Origin: Eubacteriales bacterium
GTDB lineage: Bacteria > Bacillota > Clostridia > Oscillospirales > CAG-272
Direction: 5' to 3'
Assembly (NCBI GenBank): GCA_045588245.1
Contig: JAZNDW010000012.1
Span: forward strand, 95,434-159,433
DNA: 64,000 nt
The position numbers and the translations under genes are program-made. Shown here in pieces: positions 46,731 to 56,163 of this stretch. Numbering within the stretch: the first letter of the stretch is position 1; every line of letters begins with the position of its first letter. The notes under the pieces were generated by a model. It did no database searches, was not told the origin of the DNA, and worked only from the letters and a program-made list of their open reading frames with translations.

Positions 46731-47876
46731 TCACCGTGATTTTGACAGTATTGATTTTGTTACATCAATAAAACGTCGCGCTTCATATAGCGTATTGAAT
46801 GCTCCGAATCCAAGACGGACTGCACCGTGAGGAAACGTTCCGACTGTTTTGTGTGCAAGCGGTGCACAGTGAAGACCTGTACGCACGCAGATTCCTTCCT
46901 CGTCATATAGCATGCCTGCTTCCGAAGGTGTTACCGAATCGAAATTAAAGAGCAGGGTGCTCCCGGGACGTTTGTTATAAACGGTAATTCCTTTCAGCTC
47001 TTCAATGTTCTGCAAAATAAACGCGCACAAAGCGTATTCGTGTTCATGAATTGATTTAACACCGCGATCCGCTACCCAACGAGCACCCTCTCCCAAAGCA
47101 CAGATCGCAGAAGTCGGCAAAGTTCCTACTTCAAATCTGTCAGGCAGATAGTCGGGCATCTCAATCGGAACTGAATTAGTTCCGCTTCCGCCTTCAATAA
47201 TCGTACGTTTAAGCTCACCGACTTTACTGCCGAATATTACAGCACCGCAACCGGTGAATCCGTACAGTCCCTTATGTCCGGGAATGCACAGCATATCAAC
47301 ATGATCACGCTCAACGTCGATCTTGACAGTTCCCGCGCTCTGCGCGGCGTCTACAATAAATGTGATTTCGTTAGAGTGACAAAACTCGCCGATCTTTTGT
47401 ATCGGCAACGTCACAGGAACGATGTTTGACTGATGCGTACATACGATGGTGCGCGTGTTTTTACGAGTCGAAGATTTAATATTGAACAGTGTTTCCTCGT
47501 CATCGTCTGATACGTTAAATATGCTGTATGACGAACCTCGCTCACGGCAAACGCTGTTTACGGGACGCAAAACGCTGTTATGCTCGTAATCGCTGATAAG
47601 AATGTGTTCATTCGCACCGACAGCCGCTTTGATCGCAATATTAAGTGCGTGAGTCGTGTTCAGAGTGAAGCATATCCGATCTGTAGCACAGCCGAAAAGA
47701 TTTGACAAAGCTTCACGCGTCCTATAAACTTCTTCCGCGGCAGAAAGGGCAAGTGAATGTGATGCTCTCCCCGGGTTGCCGGCATTTGCGCGCATGAAAC
47801 GGTCTGCATATCTGTAAACGGATTCGGGTTTGGGAAAGGTCGTGGCGGCGTTATCAAAATATATGATTTTTTTCAT
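46731..47876 (-). CDS. class V aminotransferase-fold cysteine desulfurase family protein
   Basis: 381 aa. 'IPGHKGLYG' is the PLP-lysine motif and 'RTGLHCAP' the active-site Cys loop. Confidence 0.85.
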   Translation of the reverse strand: MKKIIYFDNAATTFPKPESVYRYADRFMRANAGNPGRASHSLALSAAEEVYRTREALSNLFGCATDRICFTLNTTHALNIAIKAAVGANEHILISDYEHNSVLRPVNSVCRERGSSYSIFNVSDDDEETLFNIKSSTRKNTRTIVCTHQSNIVPVTLPIQKIGEFCHSNEITFIVDAAQSAGTVKIDVERDHVDMLCIPGHKGLYGFTGCGAVIFGSKVGELKRTIIEGGSGTNSVPIEMPDYLPDRFEVGTLPTSAICALGEGARWVADRGVKSIHEHEYALCAFILQNIEELKGITVYNKRPGSTLLFNFDSVTPSEAGMLYDEEGICVRTGLHCAPLAHKTVGTFPHGAVRLGFGAFNTLYEARRFIDVTKSILSKSR

Positions 47877-48091
47877 AGCTCTACGTGTTCCTTATATCGT
47901 ATTCCCGCTTGACGCATGGTGTTTTCGGCGAAGTCAAGGTAACGTCGCGGCACTTCAATGCCAAAGGCACAGCCTTTTTTTGTTATATCTGCGTCCAGCT
48001 CAACAACTTTGTGCGGTATATTCGTTTTAGTCAAAGCAGTGCTCGCACGCTGCACCGTCGTCATTGAAACAAAGGGATAAACATATCTCAT
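47873..48091 (-). CDS. DUF3343 domain protein (putative S/Se carrier-like)
   Basis: 72 aa. 'KKGCAFGIEV' is a conserved Cys motif of DUF3343. The gene overlaps the desulfurase start by 4 nt. Confidence 0.7.
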   Translation of the reverse strand: MRYVYPFVSMTTVQRASTALTKTNIPHKVVELDADITKKGCAFGIEVPRRYLDFAENTMRQAGIRYKEHVEL

Positions 48092-48214
48092 CTTATGGTC
48101 CTTTTGTGTTTTTGAATATAGGTGTGCCTTACACTACAGTATATGCCGGCTGTGAATTTTGAGCATAAGAAAAAGCCGTATGCTAAGCGTAGAATTGCGA
48201 AAAATTTTTTCTAT

Positions 48215-48244
48215 AAAAAAGCCCTCTATACGAGGGCTTTTTTA
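48215..48244 (-). terminator. intrinsic terminator after the glycoside hydrolase gene
   Basis: Stem gccctc (48221-48226) pairs with gagggc (48232-48237), flanked by an A-run and a T-run. Confidence 0.75.
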
Positions 48245-48256
48245 TGCAGCGGTTAT

Positions 48257-51200
48257 TCACTCATAGAAATATATCACGGGGCTTGTCAGCATACCCATTT
48301 CGTGAAGCTTATATTCATAGCACCAGGCGTCGCCGTTCGTGCGCCACTTGTCAGGTCCGTACCAATCGTTACCGTAGTCGGTGTCGTGAAGTGCGCCAAA
48401 ACTGTTGTGACGCGTTCCGAGAAGCGTGACGGTAAGTTCATGCTCGCCCTCGCTAACCTCGCCGAGATCGAGAGTATATGGCTCGTACGCAACGATGCGC
48501 GACTCACCGCCGTCAAAGGAAACCTTGACAGCAGCACCGCGGTAGTTGCCTATACGAATTACGGCGTTTGCACCGGGAGATGTGAAGCGCAGCTTATAAT
48601 CAATGTTGCCGGAATAGAAGGGAAGTCCCGCTGTCGTTACAGAGCCGAATCCGAGCTTATCGGGAGCGGCTATGATCGTTTTCTTTGTACCTTCGATCTT
48701 AACGCCGAAGTTGCCGAGAATATAACACCACTCCGTTGCGGTTCTGTCACCAAGAGGCAACGTGAACTCAAGCGTATTTTTGCCGACGTTTATCTTTGGA
48801 ATTGGCAACGTCTTGATCGATCTGTCTGTGAAATATCCTACCGAAGAATTATCAACGGAGATGCCGTTCCATTTTATCTCTGCGGCATCTGGTGTTTCGG
48901 TTGCAAGGAGTGCTCTGTCATATTCGATCTCTGAAAGGACGGTATAAAGCAAGCGGATCTTATGCTCGCACGCCTTTTTCTCAATAGTCCACGGCTGTGC
49001 GGGACGGTGTATCCTGTTGCCCATACCTACGGATCTGCGAGCTTTATTGTCGGCGCGGAGTATCTCTTCTTCGTAATCGGAATAAGGTAGATCGTCAGCG
49101 GCAAATCTTGCAACGTCAAGGAGTAGTACGTTAGGCTCGGAAAGTTCAAAATCAACAGGATCACGATAGTCGATACTATCAATAAACTTGCGCTTGTGGT
49201 TGTTATTATCGCTTTTTACGGTGCATTCTGTTGCGTCACGGTCAAGACGCAGAAGCAGAGAATCGTATGCGAAAAGAGTCCGCTGTATAACAGTGCAGCC
49301 ATTATTGTAGGTATACGGTATCCGCTCAATGTTGCCCGACAAAGTGTCATATAATACGGGTGTAAACTCACCTTTGATTCTGATGCTGATGTGCTGCGGA
49401 TGAGAAACGTTAAGACAGTTGTTCTTCTTTAAGTGGGCAAGGAAGAGCCAATCACATTCGTTATCGCGGCGAAGCGCGTAAATGAGGTTATCCGTGTCCG
49501 TTCCGTTTGCGTTTTTGATACTGATATTGCGTACGTCCGAGAGGGAATTGAGTACAGCGGTACGGGAGAAGGAAATGTGTTTGCCTTTTTCGTAAAGCGT
49601 TTTTGCGTCATCGTGAGGCACGGCGTTTATGTACTTTGGTGCGTCTCCAACGAAAATGAGTTTGCCGCCGCGGTCAGCGAAGCTTCCGAGAATATCCACG
49701 GTCGTGCGGCGAAGCGTTTCGCAAGCGGGAACGATAACGGCGTCGTACGTCATCTCACCGACAGTAATGCCGTGTTCGCTTTCCTTATACTGTTCGGGAA
49801 GAGTAGATTCGCAGATATAGTCAAAATCAATAAGTCCCGACAACAGCCACGACGTAATATTGGAGAAATTTTCTTCAAGCTGTGCTTTCGCATTTGCAGT
49901 CAGATCGTTCGGTCCAAAGTGGAGCCAATAGCTTTCAATCGGATGAACGACGGCAACCTTTACGACGGGTTTGCCTCGTGTGATCGCAGTATTCACGCGT
50001 GCAAAATGATCTTCGACGTAACCGTATTCACGGTACCACGGCGACTGATAGTTTATTGACGCAGGATAGTCACGCTTCGCGTCACCCTGCATTGAAACCC
50101 AGGACAGATGCGGTACGCGAACAGTAACACCGAGCGCCGCCTGCCAGTCACCCTGGAATTTATGTCCTCGGAAATCAAAGTCCCAGTTAGTAACGCCGTA
50201 GAGCTCCGACGTCATGCCCTCGCGTCCGTACTGATGAACGGCGGACTGCGTCTGCTTTGCCGTCGTCAGCTCAACTCTGTCGCAGAGCATATCGATGCCG
50301 GGTAGCTGCATTTTTCGGTAGCAGCGCATAGCGTCGCCGACAGCGTGAGTCTGGCTTTCAAGCGTCGGTTCTTCCATTAAGTGACCTGTAAAATATATGC
50401 CGTTCTTGTCGCACCAATCGCCGCACAGATCGTTAAACCCTTTGGTGAACATCTCGGATATGTTATCGTGGAAATGGTAACGTGCCTCCGAAACGGCACC
50501 GTCACGAAGCTCAAAAATGATCTCGGGAAGCTTATCCGTTATATCGTAGCCATAGCGTTTCGAAAACACTTCGGGAAATTTAGGTGTCCACGGGAATGTA
50601 GCCTGTGAATTTCCGTCTATGCCGACGGAAAAGGGAAGCGGACGCTTTGATACGAACTGCGGTTCATCGGTGAAGATCGCAGGGACCGCCTCACCGAAAT
50701 CAGCACCAACGTGTTCTTTATATGCTTCGTAGGTGAGCTTTATGAACTCGCTTGCCGCATTGGGATTGAGAGTATCGATGTAATAAGAATTATTGAACCA
50801 GGCAGATGCTGTTACACAACGGCAGACGAAATACCAACGAACTGCTCCATCGGATATGGGGGCGTCAGGTGAGACTTTTACGTAGCTTGTCATCTCGCCG
50901 ATAGCGTTACGAACGATATCGAAAGCTCCGAGCAGATACGAGGTGCCGTTTTTAATGGCAGTATCTTTGTCGAGGATTCCGTCAGGAAGTTCCGTTGACG
51001 CCGTCATATACCGCTGACGCAATTCAGGAGCATTACGTGTAATCAAACCGCCAGCAGAGCCTGACGGCCATCTGTCTTCGTCGTAAAGCCAAGCGAGCAT
51101 ATCGTTTTCTTTGGCTTTTTCTACGCAAGCGTCGATGAGACCTAAAAATTCGTCGGAAAGGTACGGCGTTGCCATACCCGTACGTGAGTGCATATGGAAA

Positions 51201-51361
51201 CCGCCGAAGCCCATTTCACGTAAGCAGTCTATCTGACGCAAGAGTTCATCACGGTCAAGCTCGCAGTTCCAGCTCCAGAAAGGAGTACCTCTGTATTCGG
51301 ATGTCGGCGAGCGGAAAAGCTCGTCGGAGAGGAAATGTTCTTTGTTCTTTTTGTAAAGCAT
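48257..51361 (-). CDS. large intracellular glycoside hydrolase (possibly GH106-like alpha-L-rhamnosidase; family not verified)
   Basis: The N-terminus 'RGTPFWSWNCELDRDELLRQIDCLREMGFGGFHMHSRTG' is typical of a TIM-barrel GH group. The ATG at 51361 lies 7 nt after ggag, and the longer ORF adds a non-native leader. No signal peptide is visible. Confidence 0.7.
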   Translation of the reverse strand: MLYKKNKEHFLSDELFRSPTSEYRGTPFWSWNCELDRDELLRQIDCLREMGFGGFHMHSRTGMATPYLSDEFLGLIDACVEKAKENDMLAWLYDEDRWPSGSAGGLITRNAPELRQRYMTASTELPDGILDKDTAIKNGTSYLLGAFDIVRNAIGEMTSYVKVSPDAPISDGAVRWYFVCRCVTASAWFNNSYYIDTLNPNAASEFIKLTYEAYKEHVGADFGEAVPAIFTDEPQFVSKRPLPFSVGIDGNSQATFPWTPKFPEVFSKRYGYDITDKLPEIIFELRDGAVSEARYHFHDNISEMFTKGFNDLCGDWCDKNGIYFTGHLMEEPTLESQTHAVGDAMRCYRKMQLPGIDMLCDRVELTTAKQTQSAVHQYGREGMTSELYGVTNWDFDFRGHKFQGDWQAALGVTVRVPHLSWVSMQGDAKRDYPASINYQSPWYREYGYVEDHFARVNTAITRGKPVVKVAVVHPIESYWLHFGPNDLTANAKAQLEENFSNITSWLLSGLIDFDYICESTLPEQYKESEHGITVGEMTYDAVIVPACETLRRTTVDILGSFADRGGKLIFVGDAPKYINAVPHDDAKTLYEKGKHISFSRTAVLNSLSDVRNISIKNANGTDTDNLIYALRRDNECDWLFLAHLKKNNCLNVSHPQHISIRIKGEFTPVLYDTLSGNIERIPYTYNNGCTVIQRTLFAYDSLLLRLDRDATECTVKSDNNNHKRKFIDSIDYRDPVDFELSEPNVLLLDVARFAADDLPYSDYEEEILRADNKARRSVGMGNRIHRPAQPWTIEKKACEHKIRLLYTVLSEIEYDRALLATETPDAAEIKWNGISVDNSSVGYFTDRSIKTLPIPKINVGKNTLEFTLPLGDRTATEWCYILGNFGVKIEGTKKTIIAAPDKLGFGSVTTAGLPFYSGNIDYKLRFTSPGANAVIRIGNYRGAAVKVSFDGGESRIVAYEPYTLDLGEVSEGEHELTVTLLGTRHNSFGALHDTDYGNDWYGPDKWRTNGDAWCYEYKLHEMGMLTSPVIYFYE

Positions 51362-51602
51362 AATAATCTCCATTCCGCCGCCGATGGCGGCAAAAATAAA
51401 TATCGAAATCCTCGTAACCGTGCTTATTGCAAGGATTATTAGCGTGAAACAACGAACTATCATTATAGTGCGATTATACTTTCACACTAATTTCTCCTAT
51501 TGTAAGAGTGCTCTATTTCTATTATATCAGTCAAAGAATTATAGTCAACCGTTATTTATTTTGTTATGAACAATTATTTCTGAAAATTCTTTTATTCAAG
51601 TA

Positions 51603-51631
51603 TTGACATTCGAAAAATATTGTGATATTAT
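51603..51631 (+). promoter_or_regulatory. consensus sigma-A promoter with extended -10 for the tRNA cluster
   Basis: TTGACA (51603-51608), 17-nt spacer ending in TGa, TATTAT (51626-51631), about 27 nt upstream of the first tRNA. Confidence 0.7.
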
Positions 51632-51658
51632 ATTTGAGCGTCAAAAAACAACGCTTTT

Positions 51659-51730
51659 GCGGGTGTAGTACAATGGTCAGTACGCCAGCCTTCCAAGCTG
51701 GATACGTGGGTTCGATTCCCATCACCCGCT
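51659..51730 (+). tRNA. tRNA-Gly (anticodon UCC)
   Basis: The cloverleaf folds by eye: acceptor GCGGGTG/CACCCGC, anticodon stem CCAGC/GCTGG, loop CTTCCAA, T-loop TTCGATT. No 3' CCA is encoded. Confidence 0.9.
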
Positions 51731-51741
51731 TTTTACAAAAT

Positions 51742-51815
51742 GTACCTGTAGCTCAGCAGGATAGAGCAACTGCCTTCTAAGCAGTAGGTCGCGGGTTCGA
51801 GTCCCTCCAGGTACG
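51742..51815 (+). tRNA. tRNA-Arg (anticodon UCU)
   Basis: Acceptor GTACCTG/CAGGTAC, anticodon stem ACTGC/GCAGT, loop CTTCTAA, T-loop TTCGAGT. The T stem has one C-U mismatch. No CCA is encoded. Confidence 0.85.
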
Positions 51816-51827
51816 TCATATCTATTC

Positions 51828-51902
51828 GGTGGGTGTAGCTCAGTTGGTTAGAGCGTCAGGTTGTGGCCCTGAAGGCCGTGGGTTCGAATCCCATCATTCA
51901 CC
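51828..51902 (+). tRNA. tRNA-His (anticodon GUG)
   Basis: 8-bp acceptor stem including G-1:C73 (GGTGGGTG/CATTCACC), anticodon loop TTGTGGC, T-loop TTCGAAT. No CCA is encoded. Confidence 0.9.
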
Positions 51903-51910
51903 CTAAAACA

Positions 51911-51945
51911 AAAAGGAGAGCGAAGCTCTCCTTTTTGTTTTTTCT
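51911..51945. terminator. bidirectional intrinsic terminator
   Basis: Stem aaaaggagagc (51911-51921) pairs with gctctcctttt (51925-51935), followed by a T-rich tail. Confidence 0.85.
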
Positions 51946-52710
51946 TTATTTTTTGTTTTGTCTGTATACCTCAAAGCCGAGGATTGCCGCAGACGATTGC
52001 GCCGAAAGCGACGCAGTAAAATCGCGTCCGTAATCGATTCTGATAATTTCATCAGCCATGTGCATCACGGTTTTTGAAATGCCGCGGTGTTCGCCTCCGA
52101 TCAAAAGAAAAACGGGGTGCTTTAAGTTTGCATCATACATGGACGTGGAATTTTCCTTAGCTGAGCATATAATCTTATAGCCGCGTTTCTTGAATATATC
52201 CACTGCTACTGGAGTATCGGAAACGAACATATCGGCGATCTCCGTCGTACCTGCGGATGACCGACATACAATCCCTGCTGATGCCATCCAATTACGCGGC
52301 GGCAGAACGATTCCGTCTACGCCTGCGGCGTAGAGTGATCGCACGGCAGTACCGAAATTGTAGGGATCCTCAATTCCGTCAAGCATAACGTAAAAACCGT
52401 TATCTTTAATTGCCTGCGCTGTGAGTTGAGGCAATATCCGCTCCTCACAAACAGCAACAAATCCGCCGTGAGTCGTTCCGAGCGTCAGCTCGGATATTTT
52501 GTCGGACGTGCTTTCTATCAGCGTAAAACCGTGTTTTTTTGCCATTCTCGAAAGCCACGCGATCTCTTTTTTATGTTTGTCAATACGAGATTCATCGTAG
52601 TATATCTCGGATATTTTTCGCGATGAAATACCTGCGTCACGAGATGCGATCACCGCGCGGATAGAAGTTAAGCCTTCGAATATATTTGAGGGAAGATATT
52701 TATCATTCAT
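51946..52710 (-). CDS. TrmH/SpoU family RNA 2'-O-methyltransferase
   Basis: 'DGIEDPYNFGTAVRS', 'LLIGGEHRGIS' and 'LSAQSSAAI' are SpoU motifs 1-3. Confidence 0.88.
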   Translation of the reverse strand: MNDKYLPSNIFEGLTSIRAVIASRDAGISSRKISEIYYDESRIDKHKKEIAWLSRMAKKHGFTLIESTSDKISELTLGTTHGGFVAVCEERILPQLTAQAIKDNGFYVMLDGIEDPYNFGTAVRSLYAAGVDGIVLPPRNWMASAGIVCRSSAGTTEIADMFVSDTPVAVDIFKKRGYKIICSAKENSTSMYDANLKHPVFLLIGGEHRGISKTVMHMADEIIRIDYGRDFTASLSAQSSAAILGFEVYRQNKK

Positions 52711-52885
52711 CAGTAAGTACCTATAAACATATTGTGATTTGAATTATAATATAAAAGCGTGACGGTGTCAACCTTGATGAATGTCAAAAAATAACCTGTG
52801 ATTTTTTTATGTATATTATTCACAAAAATTTTCATTAATGTAAAGAAGATTCTTTACGTTGAAACGCAAAAAACACATTATAATG

Positions 52886-52915
52886 TTGAAAAAAATCGGA
52901 ATATTATGATAAAAT
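52886..52915 (+). promoter_or_regulatory. candidate sigma-A promoter (extended -10) for the dehydrogenase-fumC-hdr operon
   Basis: TTGAAA (52886-52891), 18-nt spacer ending in TGa, TAAAAT (52910-52915). Confidence 0.4.
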
Positions 52916-52985
52916 GAGTTATAAGCATTACATTGTTAATATGCCGGTAAGATTTCATTAGACAATCATTAAACAAGGAGCTAAT

Positions 52986-53927
52986 ATGAATAAAATTACA
53001 ATTATCGGAACAGGCAGCGTCGGTTCAACGATCGCTTATACTTTGGCTATCAACGGTACCGCATCTGAAATAGTCATGATCGATATAAACGATGAAAAAG
53101 CACTTGGAGAGTCTTTGGATATCCGTCAGGGAACTCCTTTCAGCAATCCGTGTACCGTTTATGCAGGAAAATACGAGGATACAAAAGGCTCCAACATAGT
53201 CATCATTTGTTCCGGTGTTGCGCGAAAAGCAAACCAGTCACGGCTTGACCTTGCTCAGACAAATATTGATATTCTCAAATCCGTAGCAGGTCAGATCACA
53301 AAATACGCACCCGACGCAATTTATGTCATCGTAAGCAACCCCGTTGATATTCTTACATACGCGTTTCATAAATATGCGGATATTCCCGAAGCACATATCA
53401 TTGGTTCGGGCACTATCCTTGATACGTCGCGCCTTCGCTCGAGAGTTTCCGAATATTACAAAATCAATCAGAAAAACGTACACGCATACGTTCTCGGTGA
53501 GCATGGCGATTCCTCATTTATTCCGTGGTCTTTAGCTAATATTTCAAACGTGCCGATAGACAAATATCCCGAATCAGTTAAAAACGAAGTCAAGTATCCG
53601 CCTTTTTTCAAAAATGATGTGGAAGAATACGTTCGTAAGTCGGGCGCACGCGTGATTCAGAGTAAGGGAGCGACTTTTTACGCAGTATCAATGTCAGTTG
53701 CATACATTTGCAAATCTCTTCTCAGCGGTATCGATACTACTATGACCGTATCAACTATGCTTCACGGTGAATACGGCATCGATGACGTCTGCCTGAGCTT
53801 ACTCAATATTGTCGGCAAAAGCGGAGCGCACAGCAAGATACTATTACCGCTTAACGAGGACGAGATAGCATCACTCCGTCACAGCGCAGACAACCTTAAG
53901 GCTGTTATCAAAGCTGTTAAGATATAA
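52986..53927 (+). CDS. L-lactate/malate dehydrogenase family protein (LDH-type fold with Arg at the Gln102-equivalent position; probably malate dehydrogenase)
   Basis: 'ITIIGTGSVGST' Rossmann motif and 'GEHGDS' LDH-type motif. The substrate loop reads 'SGVARKANQSRLDL', where classical LDHs have 'AGANQKPGETRLDL'. Confidence 0.85.
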   Translation: MNKITIIGTGSVGSTIAYTLAINGTASEIVMIDINDEKALGESLDIRQGTPFSNPCTVYAGKYEDTKGSNIVIICSGVARKANQSRLDLAQTNIDILKSVAGQITKYAPDAIYVIVSNPVDILTYAFHKYADIPEAHIIGSGTILDTSRLRSRVSEYYKINQKNVHAYVLGEHGDSSFIPWSLANISNVPIDKYPESVKNEVKYPPFFKNDVEEYVRKSGARVIQSKGATFYAVSMSVAYICKSLLSGIDTTMTVSTMLHGEYGIDDVCLSLLNIVGKSGAHSKILLPLNEDEIASLRHSADNLKAVIKAVKI

Positions 53928-53962
53928 GATTTTTCGAATATCAAATCAGAAAGGATAAAACT

Positions 53963-55339
53963 ATGCAATACCGTATCGAACACGACTCTATGGGTGAAAT
54001 AAAGGTCCCCGCTGACCGCCTTTGGGCTGCACAAACACAAAGAAGCCTTCAAAATTTTAAGATCGGTGCCGGCATAGAAACGATGCCCGCTGAGATCATA
54101 CACGCTTTTGGAATACTCAAAAAAGCGTCAGCTGTCACAAATAATATACTTCGCCCGAAAAAAATGACTGATGAAAAGCTCGAAGCTATAAAAGCCGCCT
54201 GCGATGAAGTAATCTCGGGCAAGCTCAACGATCATTTCCCGCTCGTTGTGTGGCAGACGGGTTCGGGAACACAGTCCAACATGAATGCAAACGAGGTTAT
54301 TGCTAACAGAGCTAATCAGATACTAGGTGAAAAGCTCTTGCATCCAAACGACGACGTAAATATGAGCCAGTCATCAAATGATACTTTCCCGACTGCGATG
54401 CATATTGCTGCGGTACTCAGCATTGAGGATAAGCTTCTACCTGCAGTAAATGAGCTGATCGATACGTTTATTCGTCTTGAAGCCGAAAACGAGGGAATCG
54501 TCAAGAGCGGCCGTACTCATCTTCAGGATGCAACTCCTATCAAGTTCAGCCAGGAAATCAGCGGCTGGCGCTCTAGTCTCGAGCGTGATGTTGAGCTGCT
54601 TCGCATTGCGCTTTCACCTCTTTACGAGCTTGCTCTCGGCGGCACCGCAGTCGGCACGGGGCTCAACGCTCCTCTTGGCTTTTCCGAAACAGTAGCTACC
54701 GAAGTCGGCAACATCACGGGTAAGCCTTTCCGCACAGCCGAAAACAAGTTCCACGCCCTCACATCAAAAGACGAGCTTGTCTTCGCGCACGGTGCTATTA
54801 AAGCGCTTGCATGCGACATGATGAAGATCGCCAACGATATTCGTTGGCTTGCATCGGGTCCGCGCGACGGTCTTGGTGAGATATTCATTCCCGAAAATGA
54901 GCCGGGCTCATCTATTATGCCGGGTAAGGTCAATCCCACGCAGTGCGAGGCTGTAACGATGGTCGCAGTTCAGGTAATGGGAAACGATGTTGCGATCGGT
55001 ATCGCCGCGTCGCAGGGAAATTTTGAGCTGAACGTTTTTATGCCCGTTTGCATTTATAATTTCCTTCAGTCAGCACGTCTGCTTGCGGAAGCTATCAGTT
55101 CATTCAATAAAAACTGTGCCGTCGGCATCGTTGCTAACAAGGAAAAGATGCATCACAATCTTTATAATTCCTTGATGCTCGTTACGGCACTTAACCCCTA
55201 TATAGGTTATGAAAATGCCGCTAAAACTGCAAAAAAAGCATATAAAGACAATATATCCCTGAAACAAGCGTGCGTTGAACTCGGATTCCTCACTTCGGAA
55301 CGCTTCGACGAAGTGTTCCGTCCAGAGGAAATGGTCTGA
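53963..55339 (+). CDS. fumC: class II fumarate hydratase
   Basis: 458 aa. The signature 'GSSIMPGKVNPTQCEA' is the fumarase version, not the aspartase version. Confidence 0.93.
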   Translation: MQYRIEHDSMGEIKVPADRLWAAQTQRSLQNFKIGAGIETMPAEIIHAFGILKKASAVTNNILRPKKMTDEKLEAIKAACDEVISGKLNDHFPLVVWQTGSGTQSNMNANEVIANRANQILGEKLLHPNDDVNMSQSSNDTFPTAMHIAAVLSIEDKLLPAVNELIDTFIRLEAENEGIVKSGRTHLQDATPIKFSQEISGWRSSLERDVELLRIALSPLYELALGGTAVGTGLNAPLGFSETVATEVGNITGKPFRTAENKFHALTSKDELVFAHGAIKALACDMMKIANDIRWLASGPRDGLGEIFIPENEPGSSIMPGKVNPTQCEAVTMVAVQVMGNDVAIGIAASQGNFELNVFMPVCIYNFLQSARLLAEAISSFNKNCAVGIVANKEKMHHNLYNSLMLVTALNPYIGYENAAKTAKKAYKDNISLKQACVELGFLTSERFDEVFRPEEMV

Positions 55340-55368
55340 TCATATAAAGTGAAAGTACGGTGTTTTAT

Positions 55369-56163
55369 ATGAACTTAAGTTATTTTCCCGGCTGTACCCT
55401 CAAAAATAAAGCTAAAGAGCTTGACGAGTGTGCTCGCAAAGCGGCTAAGGCTTTTGGTGTGACTTTAGAGGAGATCGAAGATTGGCAGTGCTGCGGAGGT
55501 GTGTTCACATCGTCAAAAGATGAAGTCGCAACAAAGCTTTCCTCCATTCGTCTGCTCAAAGCCGCAAATGAAAAAAATCAGCCTTTAGTGACCGTTTGTT
55601 CTGCTTGCCATAATGTAGTCAAGCAGACCAATCACGCTATGTTGAGCGATAAAGAATTTGCCGATAAGGTGAAACGCTACATGGGCAAGGATGGTACGTA
55701 TAACGGCGGTACTGTCGTTTATCACTATCTTGAGATGCTTCGGGACGTCGTTGGTTATGATGTACTGAAAGAAAAGGTCGTAAATCCGCTGAAAGGCAAG
55801 AAGATTGCGGCATATTACGGATGCTTGCTCCTCCGTCCGAGCTCCGTTATGAAAATGGATGATCCTGAGAATCCGACGATCATGGAAGATTTGATCAGAA
55901 CATTGGGCGCAACTCCCGTCGTTTATGCCAACCGTAACGAATGCTGCGGCGGCTACGTAGTCATGGAAAGTCCCACGCTTGCAGAAAAAAAGAGTCATGA
56001 CGTTATCAATAATGCAAAGATGGCAGGCGCAGATATGATAATCACCGCTTGTCCGCTTTGCCGCTATAACCTTATGAAATCAAATTGTGATATTCCCGTG
56101 GTTTATTTCACAGAGCTCCTTGCCGAAGCTCTCGGTGTAAAGGGGGACGGTCAAGATGTATAA
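55369..56163 (+). CDS. hdrB: heterodisulfide reductase subunit B-like protein (two CCG domains)
   Basis: 'YFPGCT' N-terminus and two C...CCGG...CXXC motifs ('QCCGG...CSAC' and 'ECCGG...CPLC'). The GTG at 55360 is an alternative start. Confidence 0.88.
   Translation: MNLSYFPGCTLKNKAKELDECARKAAKAFGVTLEEIEDWQCCGGVFTSSKDEVATKLSSIRLLKAANEKNQPLVTVCSACHNVVKQTNHAMLSDKEFADKVKRYMGKDGTYNGGTVVYHYLEMLRDVVGYDVLKEKVVNPLKGKKIAAYYGCLLLRPSSVMKMDDPENPTIMEDLIRTLGATPVVYANRNECCGGYVVMESPTLAEKKSHDVINNAKMAGADMIITACPLCRYNLMKSNCDIPVVYFTELLAEALGVKGDGQDV

Noticed and set aside
48122-48934. 270-aa ORF on the plus strand
   Set aside because: It lies almost entirely antisense to the 3' end of the well-supported glycoside hydrolase gene. 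It has an odd composition and no motif.
52807-52835. TGTGA-N18-TCACA dyad and a TTCACAA Rex-like half-site upstream of the dehydrogenase-fumC-hdr operon
   Set aside because: The spacing fits neither the CRP/FNR (N6/N4) consensus nor the Rex (TTGTGAA-N4-6-TTCACAA) consensus, and only one half-site matches. A redox-sensing operator would be attractive here but the sequence does not support it.
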